A DNA stretch of 64,000 nt, taken from Lingula anatina (taxonomy: Eukaryota > Animalia > Brachiopoda). A model generated the notes under the pieces. The model did no database searches and was not told the DNA's origin. It saw nothing but the letters and a program-made list of their open reading frames with translations. Every line of letters starts with the position of its first letter. Position 1 is the stretch's first letter. Position numbers and translations under genes: made by a program. Shown here one piece after another: positions 1-14,500 of the stretch. The stretch is taken from NCBI GenBank assembly GCA_051362555.1, contig CM120648.1, positions 16,240,587 through 16,304,586 of the forward strand, given 5' to 3'.

Positions 1-554
1 GTTTAAAGTTTTGTCTCAACGGAACGATTCTTTTTAATTTGTTTACTGAACTTGTTTTTCTACTGCTGACGAGGTGACAACGCACTCTCTCCCTGCTTTC
101 TGCTTTCTGCTGCTGTACAGATAATTTGGGTTCAACTTTTTTTCTGAACTTTGGTGCGTAAACGAAGCCAAACATGTTTGGTCTCTTGTCCTGGATAGAA
201 AAACCCTCCTCCCCCCCCTCCTCCCTCCCCCTCTCGTCGCTCAAATGGGTTACTCAGCCGGTGTATATTACTGAGAATTCTTAGCCTGGGTATTAAGCCC
301 AAACAGAACATATTTTATCTCAACCCTCCCCCCCCCCATCTCCCACCCTGTGTAGATTACACCTCACCCCAGCACCCCCCCCACCACCCACCCACCCCAC
401 CATATATCCTCTGATATTACAACCCCATTAAAACACTGTACAGAATCACACTCTAGGGTTTTCAACATTTTTGTACCAGCCTACTAGCGCCCCCTGTGGC
501 TAGAGAGTACCAAACACACCGTTTGTGAAGGCTTGGTAGTATGACAGGCAAGAG

Positions 555-851
555 CAGGGGTGGATCCAGAGATATTTTCTGGTAGTCTTCCAAATTATCT
601 TTGTTGAACCATCCTCCATTTTTGACCGTCTTCAGATAGTCCGCGGATGCGAAACTGACCCCTCCCCCTTCCCCCCTGGCGTGGGGCCCAGGGCCCGCTA
701 AAAGGCCCCGAAAAATGTTGGTATTTGGTACTGTTTAGAAGTATGATTCAGCTAGTCAAAATTCTAATTTCTAATTTTTTTTTTTTTTATAGAAATTGAA
801 GGGGGTCAGGACCCCATTGACCCCAACCCACCCGCTCTAAATCCGCCACTG
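555..851. mobile_element. Non-autonomous DNA element (MITE) with CAG(G/T)GGYGGAT termini; related copies at ~4516-4807, ~33250-33544 and ~35580-35960
   Basis: Imperfect terminal inverted repeats cagggGTGGAT / ATCCGccactg. The internal motif attcagctagtcaaaattctaatttc recurs near 35927 and in reverse orientation near 4610-4634. Confidence 0.65.
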
Positions 852-1877
852 CGTGTGATATCTGGACTACGTGTGCCCCACTGCGCATGGACTAATGGAG
901 CTAAATTCTCAAAACAACGATTTTTCAAATGGACTCATTGTTATTTCTTCCAAAGCAACACAATAAGACACGTCTGGCTGCTTTCCTCCAGAAGGCATGT
1001 GTTATAGAGTTAGACAAATATTCTTTGCTCTTTCATCACACAGCGATCGACTTTCATCCTTTTTAAAGGTCAAACTTTATTATCTACCCTGGCAACCCAC
1101 GAAGCGTTAGATCAATAAATAGAATTCAAATAAAATTACTGATCAATAAAAATAAGAATATCAATAGATATTTAAATAATCAAGATAAAAGATAAGTTCT
1201 ATTTCATCTTGGCATCTGCACAGGTTCATTCACTAATGTAGGCATTTTAAGGTAGGAAGAGTCTAAAAGAAACATTTTTGTTTTTTCTCTTAGTTAAGGA
1301 TACTGTTAGCCTTTGCCAAAGCTCCTCATCAACTGCATCACATACATTCGTTTGGATAATAGATAAATCTTTAGTGTTCAGTGACTAAATTAATTAACAT
1401 TTATACGTATGTTATCTTACGAGTGAGGTCATAATTGCGGCTTTGTGGTAAAATATTGAAAGATTGTTTTCTCAAATTTCTCCTTTACCTGAGAACCTAC
1501 GAACACCGTTTCAACACCAATTTAATGACACCATTCTGCTAGCGATTTGTCTTGAAAGACTTCGTTCAGATTTTATTGTTGATTAAGCAAAATAATGCCT
1601 TTGTTTAACGAAAATGTGTTATTAGGGATGAAGTTACGCTCCATACCGATTGCTATCTCACCTCTAAATAGAAACATGTTTTATTGACGATTAAAGCTTT
1701 GAGTTGCCTATGCTTATACATTGCAACGATAAATATACACACCGATATTTTACATTTTGGATGTTATTTTGTTGTTTTATATCAGCACAAAGATAAATGC
1801 ATTATTGAATAATAAGATGCAATAAAAGATAATAATAAAAGAATGGCGGAAATTCAAACAATCCAACCGCATTCAAA

Positions 1878-1908
<31 letters not shown>

Positions 1909-1925
1909 AGCCATACAATACTGAC

Positions 1926-3414
1926 CTCGATCGCTTGCATATCGAGGCGTTGGACGGCAGAATCCGACTTTTCAAAGAGGTCCATCTTTTTAACCTCTGG
2001 TGGAGCGACATCTGGAGGTAGAGATCGGTTGAAATCATTCTCTGTGTCGATCTCTCTTTCCTGAAATGTTTCAAAGTTTTATTGCGAGTTAAGAAACACA
2101 AGGTTTGCTCATTTATAAAAAATCAAAATCCCGAGACAAAATGTCGTACTGTCAGATTGGCCTCGGAAATGTGGTTTCTGCAGATACTGATTAAAATTCT
2201 TGATAAAAAGCGCTAATTGACGAGTTGGGGGAGTTCAGTCAATTAATACTTTTGTTTACTGAACCGTCCTGGTCGAAAGGTAAAAAAAATAATGATCATA
2301 ATAAAAATAAATAAATGAATTGAAATAAAATAATAAACGAATGAAAATTAAAGACATTAATAGGCTACACTTTTACCAGATAAAGTCATAATGAATAAAA
2401 TAAGAACTGCAAGTTAGTAATAGTTAAAATAAGTGACTAGGTCTATATCTGTTTTAGACTTCATCAATTTTAGATACATGAGCATAAACACCTTGTGAAA
2501 ATAAACAAATACACAATACGATGCGCCAACGACTTAAATTTCACCACTATCACAATTTAGTCCTCTTCTTCTACTGCAACAGCTGTATTCAGTTTGATAG
2601 CACTAGCACACTCACTTCTGGGATGTTCAAACTATTGAGGCGGAATCTCTCCGAGATGACACAAAGTTTCGCGACTGAACGTAAAATCAAGCGAATTCCG
2701 CTGTATTTAGAGTAGGTTTGGGAGCTTTATTCATCTTATTATGTTCATTTTATCCATGTAAAGTCTACTGAACATTTTATATGGATTTTAGAATATAATT
2801 TATTATTATTATTATTATCATTATTATTAAAGTCTCACTTTCTCAGCTATTAGTGACAGCATCTCTTTGCTGTGTTTCTCCACCAGCTTGGCAAGCTCCT
2901 CTTGCTCTTGTTGTTCTAGAGATCGCATCAGCTCCTGCATTCTCTCGTCAAGACGGCTTTGGTATTCGTCATCAATGTGCTTACTTTTCTCCAGCAAGCT
3001 GGTCGCGCTTGTATCTCCTTCTGAAGCTTCGTCATCCAGATTCTGGTCCTCGGTGATGACGGCATCATCATCGTCATCATCAGCCCCTGCGTCGTCTGCT
3101 GCGCTTTTGGGGGCGCCTTTCCAAACTAATGGAGTCCCTTTGATAATTCGGCTAGGACTCTTCATCCCTAACCTGTCGAAGAGAGCGACGAGTTCTTTGA
3201 CAGAAGTTTCTTTTTCTGCCATAATCTCTTCCACAAGCTTCCGCATACGCTCTTCCTTTTGCAAGTGGAATTTCTTAAAGAGGGAGTCTTCTTCTTCCTT
3301 TTGTTTTCTTTCCAGTTCGCGCTGGGCTTCAAATATGCCATGGTCTTCGAAGTCCTTTGAACAAAAGAATAAAATTAATAAAAAAATAACTAAAATAAAA
3401 AATGATAATAATAA

Positions 3415-3461
<47 letters not shown>

Positions 3462-5310
3462 AATAATTAAATAAAGCGAAATGATGTATTCCAATATGAT
3501 AGAAATAGGCCCTATAGCCTAAATGGCGCCTGACCCTTTATGAAGAAAAAAAAATGCCAAGTATAAAATTAATTCAATTTGTGTGAAAATTTAAGTTCAA
3601 TTTTTTTGTTGCTCGGAGTAAAATAATGTTTTCTCTTCCAATCTAAATTTTACAAAGACAATATGAACTTCCATAACAAATAAATCGTGCAAATTTCTTC
3701 ATGACTGAAGCAAGTGGCACAAAAAACAGTCCATGTGGTGATGATGCTCTCACATAGGCCTATATTTATTATTGACTTTTCACCTTGTAAGTTTTGAGCG
3801 TGGGGTATCTTGTCATCGTCTTGCGTCCGCTAGGGGTGAGTAAGGTGGCACTCTCTGCGTTGCTGTCGTCATTCTGATCGTCAGCAGTCGTCGCTGGCGC
3901 TGCTGGATCCGTGCTCTGTGCTTCATACATAGAGGCTCGCACCTTCGGATAGATATAAACATTTATTTATTTATTTATTTATTTATTTATTACACCTGAA
4001 GGGTAAAAGCCGTTCAAGAATACCCTACATAAATAACATCGCACACTTAATTCACAGAATAAAAGTAAACAATAAAACCGTTCTAATGTACACAATAAAA
4101 TAATTTTGAAATGCATTCAGGTTAAAATATTGGACAGAGGAGTATTAAAAAGGAATAAAATTTAAAAGCGTTAGTTAAAAGTTGCACCGAAGATACCCAC
4201 ATTACTATAGGTTTTTACATATAGACGACTGGGATGCTTTCACTTAAATTTATCATGATCAAATGTTGATAATACATTTATTTTTTCGCTTTATACACAG
4301 AAGCTTTTATATTTCACAGGGGTATCATTCATTTAATATTAATTTCATAAGTATGTTTCAATCCATTTCGCTTGCTTCTACTTATGTATCACTTCATACC
4401 TACTCATCTGTGTAACTTTCACCCATCATCCCTCAACCACCCCCCCCCCCCCCCCGAGGTGAGCGACCCCTCCCTCCACCCGCCACCCCCTCCTTCCGTG
4501 TGAACCCTATTAAATGGCAGATTTAGGTTTTTTCAGCCCCCCCCCCTCCTTCGATCTCTGAAAAAAAAAAAAAACACACAATGTCCCCCCCCCCCCCCCC
4601 CCCACTTTGAAAATAAAATTTTGACTAGCTGAATCATAGAACTAAACCGTACAAAATGCTACTGTTAGCCCTCTAAAATACCAATTTTTTTTTCGGGACC
4701 CTTCAGTGGGCCCCCACACCAAGTGGGGGGGGGGGGGGTCGGCTTTGCTTCCGCGGACCCCACCCCCACCCCACCCACCTCTACAAATATCCTTGGATCC
4801 GCCTCTGCTATTGCTAACACAAAGGTTTCAGTCGTGAAATATTCATTTCAGAAATATGTTTTAATCTATATACTTTTTTATTTAGGCCTATCTATCCATC
4901 CCTTCATATATTAATCTGTGTTACTTTCCCCACTGTAACTCAACGCACGCGTGACGTGCGCGATCCTTATCTCCTTCTACTCTCCCGTATGGACCGTATT
5001 GCTAACAGCTTACCTGCCCTCCAAATATACTCCACCGCGCAGGGGGCGCTGAGAGCGCCGTCTGTATCCCCACAGCGTCCACGTCGATGTTAGCGACCCC
5101 CAGGCGGGGCATGTGATTTTGACAGTAGATCTCCCCACCATTTTCGCTCCGTTTATCAAGGTGGTATGTCTTGAGGTTCAGCTGGAGGGCGCAGGTGCGA
5201 CATTTAAAGCAGCCCTTGTGGTAAACCAACCCTATGTCGATTCTCTCAACGGGGTAGACTGTCTGCTCGCAACGATGGCAAGTGTTGTCTAGGTCCGGCA
5301 TAAGCTCCAT
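1926..5310 (-). CDS. Hillarin-like LIM-domain/coiled-coil protein, 5' portion; gene continues beyond the window start
   Basis: Four phase-0 GT-AG exons: 5310-5014 (LIM domain CHRC...YHKGCFKCRTC...YCQNH), 3942-3784, 3354-2839 (DFEDHGIFEAQRELERKQKEEED coiled coil) and 2060-1926 (PPDVAPPEVKKMDLF). All join in frame. The layout matches my recollection of hillarin-type LIM-transglutaminase proteins; the transglutaminase-like part is not in the window. Confidence 0.8.
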
Positions 5311-5475
5311 TTCCGTGTTTTATGAATAATTTATATCCTTAGTTTGAATATGTCATAAATAATGTATATCCTTATCGAGGGAGATGCAGTTTGGTTCATT
5401 ACTTATTATCATAGGGTGTAAGTTTCGGTCCCTGCGGGCTTTGTCCCATATTCCTTTTTCTAAAAAAAAAAAAAA

Positions 5476-5512
<37 letters not shown>

Positions 5513-8500
5513 AAGTTGAAATTGTTCCCTCTCTCTGCTTTAACAATATAATTTAAATCCAGTGCCACTTTATCATACGCCTGCTGTAACGGCTATGTCA
5601 AATACCTCGTTATCTGCACTGAGTCATATAATATTGTTTACGTTCATTACATTGTTTACTTTTCTATCCCAACAACCGGCGTCGCGTACGTCAACAACTT
5701 CAACATGCTTTGGTACACTTGCATGTACATGCTCCGTCATATTCAGTCCCTTCAAATCCAAAATACACGCCGGTCAATACAACATATCCAAACCTGTCCT
5801 TGTTTGCCCACGATACAAAATCTGAAGTTTACCGCCAGTGTTTAACTGTCACCTGTTAAGCCCGATCTTAAACTGAAGAAATGCGGTCACTCGATCCACT
5901 CAGTCATGTCACCGATGTCCAGCCCAACAGGTAACGCGTTGGTCAGCTACTGATTCAATGCCATCGATAGATACAGGAAGCCAAAATGTCAGACCTTGAC
6001 TTTAAAACCGCTAGCGGGAGAGGTACGTGACGGTTTTAAATACCGCCGTTAAGCCGCCGTCTCTCTTTACCTGCGTGACATAAATCTACCTGTACATGCT
6101 GAAAGTAGGTCACCTGAGGTCGTGACATTGTTGTTATGACTCAACCGGCGCGCGCGACGTAATGTAAACACCTTCAGGACGCTAATTTAAATGGGATAAC
6201 ATTCTTTTATAATGAAAGGTGGCGTTATGTAACCAAGATAAAATTAGATTTAGAGAAACGGGGACTTAAATAGTGAATTATAAGCACCAACCGAAAAAAC
6301 AAGCAAGTTAAAAATCAATTAAAAATACCCAAATCATGATAAGTGGTAATTTTCAGGTGCTTAGGCATCTTAATTTAATAAAGTGGGGTGGGGATGGGGG
6401 TGGGGGTGCGGGTTAGCCATCCAGAAATTGAAATCTGGCAGTTACTTAAAAAGATATCATCACTTTTGATCTATTTTAACTTTTCTAAACAGGCACCTTC
6501 CGGTAAACAATAACTGAAGTGAAATTAATCTGATAGTGATGATTTTCGAAAGGAGCCTGCCACTTTACCACACAAAGCTACACAGTAAAATAAAACAGAG
6601 ACATGCGATTAATGTCAGCAAAAATAAAACGTATTATATTCAACGATGTATTAATTACTGTTTGATGACTACATACGTACATCAAAAACAAGATTTGACC
6701 AAAAGGCGAGAATACACGTTATTCATTCTCGGGGAGGGAGGAGGGATGTTCCCTTTCAAAAGCTCACCCCTACTGTTTACCCCGGGGTAATAGTCGTATT
6801 AACGCAGAGGCGAATTAATTTTATAAAAGAGGTCTGTATTAAGATGTCAATCACGGAAGGCGTTTTGGTGCTTAAGTGTCCCCGTGATGTGACAAGGGAC
6901 ATAGTAATATCCAAGTGTATCAGGATAATTCTGCTCAATAATCTGGTAAATAAGTCGAACGCATGACATACTACTGAATATTCTTTATTGTGAAAATTTG
7001 AAGAGTGAAATAAAATGAATAAAAGCACAAATTTGATAAGCTATTGGGAACAATTATAAGAGCTGGAGACAAAGTCATCTAATACTATAACCATATAATT
7101 TCCATACGGAACTTATCAAACCTGAGATCCCATTTGAACCAAGTCCTTCACAAAAAAGTAAATAAATAAATCAACAAGAGAGAACACTTCAAGAGCACAG
7201 ACAAGCCCCAATGCATAATATAAATACTGATTACAGTACTGGTTTGTTTCCTTCAGGAATAATTGTGTATCCTCAAAATATAATCTAAATTAGTGAAAAA
7301 AGTCTCCAAGATATCTGGTTCACAAATGAACGATTATAAAAACAACCTCTTTTGTTGATGAATATAACCATTTCATTAATATCCATCTTCTCTCTTAACA
7401 ATGGAATACAAATATGCAATTACCCATAAAGACGTTACTAAATAGGGATATTTTTAAAAGATTTTAACAATAAAATAAGGTGTATAATTACATGAAACGT
7501 ACAATGATAAGAACCCTTTTGTTAGTGATAATTATGATACAGACTATAGAAAACATCACAGATTTGTCAAGGTACAACAGCAAAAAAAAAAGTGCAACTA
7601 CCTTCAAAAAGTAGTGTTTTTAGGGTGACACTTAAAACAAACAATATCAATATTTACAAATAACATTACTTTTTGCTTTACAATCTGTCACTTGTTTCTC
7701 TAATGAATGAAACATACTCCATATTTTATTTATTGAATGGATTGGTACATGGCAGACATTAGTTATTCAACAATTTAATACCTCATTTATATATTTTTTC
7801 GGTTACTATTAACATTTAATTAAATGTTCAGTTCTGACTGCATGTTGCCTGAGAAGAGATTTGAGGCTCCCCTTATAGTAATGAATATGAAAAACATTAG
7901 GAACCCCCCCCCCACCCCCCGTTTTTGTGCAAGATACATGATAAATAAATGAAATAATGCAATTGAACAAAAACACTCTTTTAGAAAAATTTACAATTAT
8001 AATAATAACAATAATAAGATAGCAAAATGTGCTAGCACCTAATGAAGGCCCTTCTTGCAACAAATCATTCCATTTATGTTAATATAAATTGATATCTACA
8101 GTTAATATCACAACAATAAACTTAAACCATTTTATATATGCACAATGCTGAGCTTTAATCTAACACCTCACCACCACTTGTGCCATTTCTGCTTAGTAAA
8201 GCTTGGGAACAAGTAGTTTATTCTGTCTGCATTGGATTCTCATTAATTTAATCATTTCTGATATATCTTATTTCAAATGGCACTGTCTACATCCTTACTA
8301 GCCCAGACTCATGTATTGCCGCAACTGATATTACCATGACAACACTTGCTAGGCTACAGTTGCTACAATACATATTTAACCGTGACTATAGCTTCTTCGT
8401 AATCAAGTAGTCAATAAATAAATATATGTGAGAGCATCATCACAACGTAGACTGTTTTTGTGGCAGTCTTGAAAAAAAGGCATGCTTTGTTCTGCAAATC

Positions 8501-8516
8501 ACCATGACAACAGTTG

Positions 8517-11500
8517 CTATCGAGACATTTTTGTTTTTCCCTGCCCTGAACGCGAGGTTCCTCCACCACCACTCCTGGCCCCTAAAATAACAATAAATAA
8601 ATAATAATACACCTAAATTAGTACACACAGAAATAAGCAAATAATATATAAATAAATTAATTAATTAAGAAAAAAATAAACAAAATAAACTTAATCAAAA
8701 GTTAGGTATTTCCATCATGCACTTGTCAATTTTAATCTAAAACTTAAATTTTGAATAATAAATTTAACGATGTGATAAATGGTGCTATTCAATGTGATTT
8801 CTCAATTCTTAATATATTACTGTCAGTATGAAGTGTGCTTTCCAACAAAAAATAATTCACAAAGAAACCATACCACTCCTGGACTGAGTTCCTGGTCTAG
8901 ACATGGGTAAACTCTCTGAGAATGTCGGTTGTGGCGGAGGTTCGTTGCGACTGTCTGCGCGGTGACTCAAGTCTGGGGTGCGTACTACCTTGGGACGGGA
9001 ACTGAATGCAGCTGCATATTCATTGAGGCTGGAACAATAAAAAAAAAAAAACAAGGCAGCAAAGCTGTCAAATGTACAGACAAAAAACAGGAAATAACTA
9101 TGCACAAAATAGGCTACTGTCAATTCTGATGCAAAAGTACATTATGTTAAACTGCAAATTCAACATCAAATTTTAATTATGCTCAACAGGTAATACCAAT
9201 GTAAGTAAAATGTGTAACAAGTTCACACTTTGAAAATGTATAACTTCCAGAAAAAGAAGTTCCTTAGACTGCTTTTCCAACTCAGACTGCATTTTAGTCC
9301 AGTATTTCTTTTTTGAAAGTTTGGCAATCATAAGTAACATGGTTTTCCCATAATGGTCATCATGGCAGCAGCACCCAAAATTGTGTTTTCTTCTATTCTG
9401 ATGCAATATTACATAATGGTTAACAGCATAATAACTCAATTTTAATAATAAAATATACGTATCATGGATTTTCAGAAAATGTGACTAGCATGGGTCTTCA
9501 AGCCCGTGGAACTTCAAAGTCACACCTTGAAAATGCCAATATGTGAAAAATTAAATTTTCACAAAATAACTGTTTAACTGGCAGCAAGAATTACCAAACA
9601 GACTGTATTTCCTATTGAAGCTGTATTTTAGTCCCATGTTTCTTTCCTGTAAGTTTGAGAACAGTAAATGACATGGTTTTTCTTAAATGGTCATCATGGG
9701 AGCAGTGCCCAAAATAGTTTTTTTTTTCAAATTTTGATGCAATATTACATAATGTTTAACAGCATAATGACCATCAACTTTAATAATAAAATATTAGTAT
9801 TATGGATATTCAGAAAATGTGACTAGCAAAGGTCTTCAGGCCCATGGAACTTCAAAGTCACAACTTGAAAATGCCAAAATGTAAACGAGACAGCACTGTT
9901 CTGAAATGTTTTTTTTTTTCCATTTTTAACAATTTTTAACATAAAACAAAATTATCAGTTTTCTGCCGTTTTTATATGATAAACTAAGAAAATTGATGAG
10001 ATGGGAAAAATATCAACAGAGCAGTGTTAAATGTCCAATCTCTTCCATTCTGAGATTCTGAACATAGTGAATGATTGAATCTGACAAACTGCAATGATAT
10101 GAGTTTATTTCCATTTTTGAAACTTTATTACACAATACACGATAACAAGTTTACCATCATTTTTACATAATCAACTAATAATGTTGTAAAATTGCAGGAA
10201 ATGCCAAACAAACACTTTTACCTATCTTATTAGTTCAATAATGAAACTGTTTACATGCCTAAGAATTAAATCTGAGGAAATGTGAAAAAACTGCATTTCT
10301 TTAAAATAATGGCCCGATTATGCTGATTTTTTAACTCAACCTGCGTTTTAGCAGGAATGACAACTCCTGTGAGTTTAATGACAATTGGCCTATCTGTTTT
10401 TCTTATATTGTGTTTACAGTGTTGCATATATGCTGAAAAGTGAAAAAAAAAGCATAACTACTAAAATAGTGGCCCGATCATGCCGATTTTCGAACTTGAC
10501 CTGCATTTTATGAATATTCATCAGCTCTGTAAATATACAGCCAAAAAGTAAAACTGCCTTCCACTTATCGTGTTTACAATGAAAGTGCATGGCGCCGGCG
10601 ACAGCGACAGTGACGGCAACGACGGCGACGACAGACGCAGGTGATGGCAATATGTACAGACACATCTGTACATATTAACTGTACTGTTTGAGAACAGTAA
10701 GTGACATGGTTTTTCTTATATGGTCATCATGGGAGCAGTGCCCAAAATAGGTTTTTTTCAAATTTTGATGCAATATTACATAATGTTTAACAGCATAATG
10801 ATCATCAATTTTTAATAATAAAATATTAGTATCATGGACAAATAGTAAACGTGACTAACAAAGGTTTTTAGGCCGATGGAACTTCAAAGTCACACCTTCA
10901 AAATGCCAAAATGTAAACAGGACTGCACTGTTCTGAAATGGGTTTATTTCCATTTTTAACACTTTTTTAACATAAAACAAAATTAATAGGTTACTGCCAT
11001 TTTTATAAGATCAACTAAGAAAATTGATGAGATGTGAAAAATATCAATAGAACAGTGTTAAATGTCCAATTTCTTCCATTCTGAGATTCTGAACATAGTG
11101 AATGATTGAATCTGACAAACTGCAATGATATGAGTTTATTTCCATTTTTGACACTTTATTATACAATACACGATAACAAGTTTACCATCATTTTTACATA
11201 ATCAACTAACAATGTTGTAAAGATGCAGGAAATGTCAAACAAACACTTTTACGTATCTTATTACTTAAATAATAAGGCTATTAACATGCCTAAGAATTAA
11301 ATCTGAGGAAATCTGAGGAAATGTGAAAAACAGCATAACTTCTAAAATAATGCCCCGATTATGCTGATTTTCGAACTTGACCTGCATTTTAGTAAGATTG
11401 ATTATTCCTGTGAGTGTCATGACAACAGGCCTAACGGTTTTCCTTAAAATGTGTTTACAAGGTTGCATATATGCTGAAAAGTGAAAAAACAGCATAACTT

Positions 11501-14500
11501 CTACAATAATGGCCCGATCATGCTGATTTTCGAACTTGACCTGCGTTTTATGAATATTCATCAGCTCTGTAAATATAAAGCCAAAAAATAAAACTGCCTT
11601 CCACTTATCGTGTTTACAAGGAAAGTGCACGGCGACGGCATCGGCATCGGCATCGGCATCGCCATCGGCATCGGCGACGGCGACGACAGACGCAGGTGAT
11701 GGCAATATGTACAGACACATCTGTGTCTGTACATAAAAAATTAAGTTTATTAATTCTCTTATTTCTATTTTTTTTCTGTACCTGACCTTATTTTAACATT
11801 GTCAGTGTGACTTCCATATTTTTAGCACTTGAACTGGAATGTCACCACTCACAATAACACTTACTTGGCATTCTGTCCCTGCATCTTTTCCAGAGCTTTT
11901 CCTGAAGGTTTCACCGACCTCTGGGTGACGGGGGCGGCCAACTGTTTCTGTTTCCCCAGGGTCTGAGACACCAACTCTGACCCTGCCTCGTCCATCTCTG
12001 AAACCGATGGAACCAAACTGTTATCAGTCATCCTTGACAATTTTGGAAAAATAATTTCTATTTTTTTTTTTTTTTTTTAATGTCATGAATTTTACCACTC
12101 TATATCAGTGTGAGTATCTCAAACAAATACAAGAACCAAATTTCAGATCTTGTTACAATGCATTTCTGATAAAGATTTGGGATAATGAAATACCTTCAAG
12201 TGGGCGATTACGGGTAAATAGTTGACATTTCTGATAAAGATTTGGGATAATGGAATACCTTCAAGTGGGCGATTACGGGTAAATAGTTGAAATTTCTGGG
12301 AAAGAAAAGAAAAGCTTTGCAACATAATAGTCCGACATTCAACACACAAACTTTAATATCTCAACTTACTTGGAGCAGCTTGTCTTGGAGTATCTGTTGT
12401 ATTGGGACGACTTTGGCCTCGACTTCCACTTCTGGTAGGAGGCCGCACCTGGTCCTTACTGGAAGGGCGCGAGGGAGGACCACCACGGGCTGTTGGCTGG
12501 CCTCTACTGGTCTCTTGTTCAAAGTCCTCCGAGTATATTTGACTGGATAAAAAACATTGCCATTTCAAACACCTGACATTTTCCAAAATAATTACATTTG
12601 TACTTTTTTTCAAGCTTTTTCACTTTAAGTTACCTTCAATGATGCACTACTTGATTTGAATCAAACATGTTTCTCATCCCATTTAATAAGTCTATTTATT
12701 TTTTTTTTTGCAAATATTACTAAAAATACTGGATATTACGGATAAGATTCATCATAATTCCATAGAAAAATTACTGCATGCCCATAGCCAGGGGGAGGGG
12801 TTTCAGGCGGTTTCCACTCTGGGTAATATTATATAGGTACGTGAAGGTTGAATGGTAAAAGGTCCACTTTTTCAGAAACAGAACCCCCCTTTTGAAATTC
12901 CTGGCTACTGGCCTGAGGGATACAATTTCCTAATTCTGACATTTGTGACTCAATCCAACTCAAGCAGTTGTCATTATACTTATAATGTAACAGTGACAAG
13001 CAGTCGCCTTGAAATACACAAACAACTCTACAACATAACTTCGTTCCCCTCTCCTAACTCATAAAAAGTTCACTGAAAGAAAACACTGTCCTCATTTAAA
13101 CAAAACCTACACATCAATCTCCAGCCTAGCAAGTTATCACACTGATTTCATAACTCTCACCTGGCCTGTGGAGGCAGACTCAACTCATTCCCTATCTTCC
13201 TACTGGGCGTAACGGGTCTCTGTAACGGTCCCTCCTCCCGCACTACATCCAGGTGCTTATTCTTCTTGCGTGAGGCGTTCGTCATCACACCCAGGTACTC
13301 CGTGGAGAGGAGTTTCTCGCCAGAAAGTTCCCCTGGGTTTGGTTTGAGCACCTCCGCCTTGTCCAGGTCAGCCTCCATGGCGTCTTGGTCCTCCTGGAAT
13401 ACACAACCAAATATATAGGTCAGTTTGTGACCTAATTTTAATTAGGTCAGTTTGTGACCTTATTTTAATTAGGTCAATTTGTGACCTAATATTAATGATA
13501 TAAAAGTGACCCAATTCTTTTTTTTTTTCTTAATCTGTCCTGGCTTCTCTGAAAATAGATGTTTTTTTCAGTGATAAATAAACTCTTAAAATTAATAGTT
13601 TATCATCAAGTTACAATTTATGACAGTCGTCAATTATGTGCTATAATAGCTTTTAATACAGACTTACAAGTTAGGCTTCTTGTTATAAAATTATGAAAAC
13701 TTCTGCCAGAAGCTGCATTGTGCATACATGCAGTTTTCTTTTGACAATCAAAACAAAACAAAAAAAATTAAATTCTCATTCACTGCTGATTCCTTAATTA
13801 TAAGTGACAAAATGACACTGTAATCGCACAGGCCCTAACCATGGTATTTTACACTTATCTCTGACTGAACAAGTCAAGCAAACATTAAATATGCCAACTA
13901 ATCTGAAGATCTTCTGGTGTCAGTGAAAGTTAAAAAAAAAAATCAACAACATACCTCATCCTCGTCTTCCTCCTCATCATCTGAGTCTGCGTCGTCTGCT
14001 TCATCGTCTGGAAAAAAACAGATCCAATTTGAGTTCATCTTCTCTTTGATATGAGAACATTAAACCAACAACAACAAATAAAATACCTACCCTGAACAAA
14101 TCTAATGAGCAAATTAAAATTTTCAAAATAATGTTTTGAGTATTTTTCCAAAAGATTTGACTTTTTTTTTTCAATTATTAATTTCCCACCTTTGCTCACT
14201 TTTTCATGTTTACCTATTATTATTTTTTTATCATTTTGTAATTTTGGCATTTTTTTTTAAATGACTTCTACTTATTTATTTTGCTGAGTAACTAATTTAA
14301 TATCATTGACCTTAAGAACTTCAGAATAACTGAAGCGTCTAAAATCAGAAAGTAATAAATATCACACTTGCTAATGGATTATCAAGATGAATTATCAATA
14401 ATATCTAATTTGCTATTTTGCTGACTTACTGGAGTTCAGTTGTTTAATAATGAACTCAAACTGTCTGTTCATTTAGCTGACTTACTTGAGTTCAGTTGTT

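Noticed and set aside
2853-3421. Plus-strand ORFs of 67 and 184 aa
   Set aside because: Antisense shadows of the hillarin-like coiled-coil exon.
10414-11720. Duplicated small ORFs starting [15 protein letters not shown]
   Set aside because: They lie within the repeated HINE-like module and run through its microsatellite, with no transposase or other domain.
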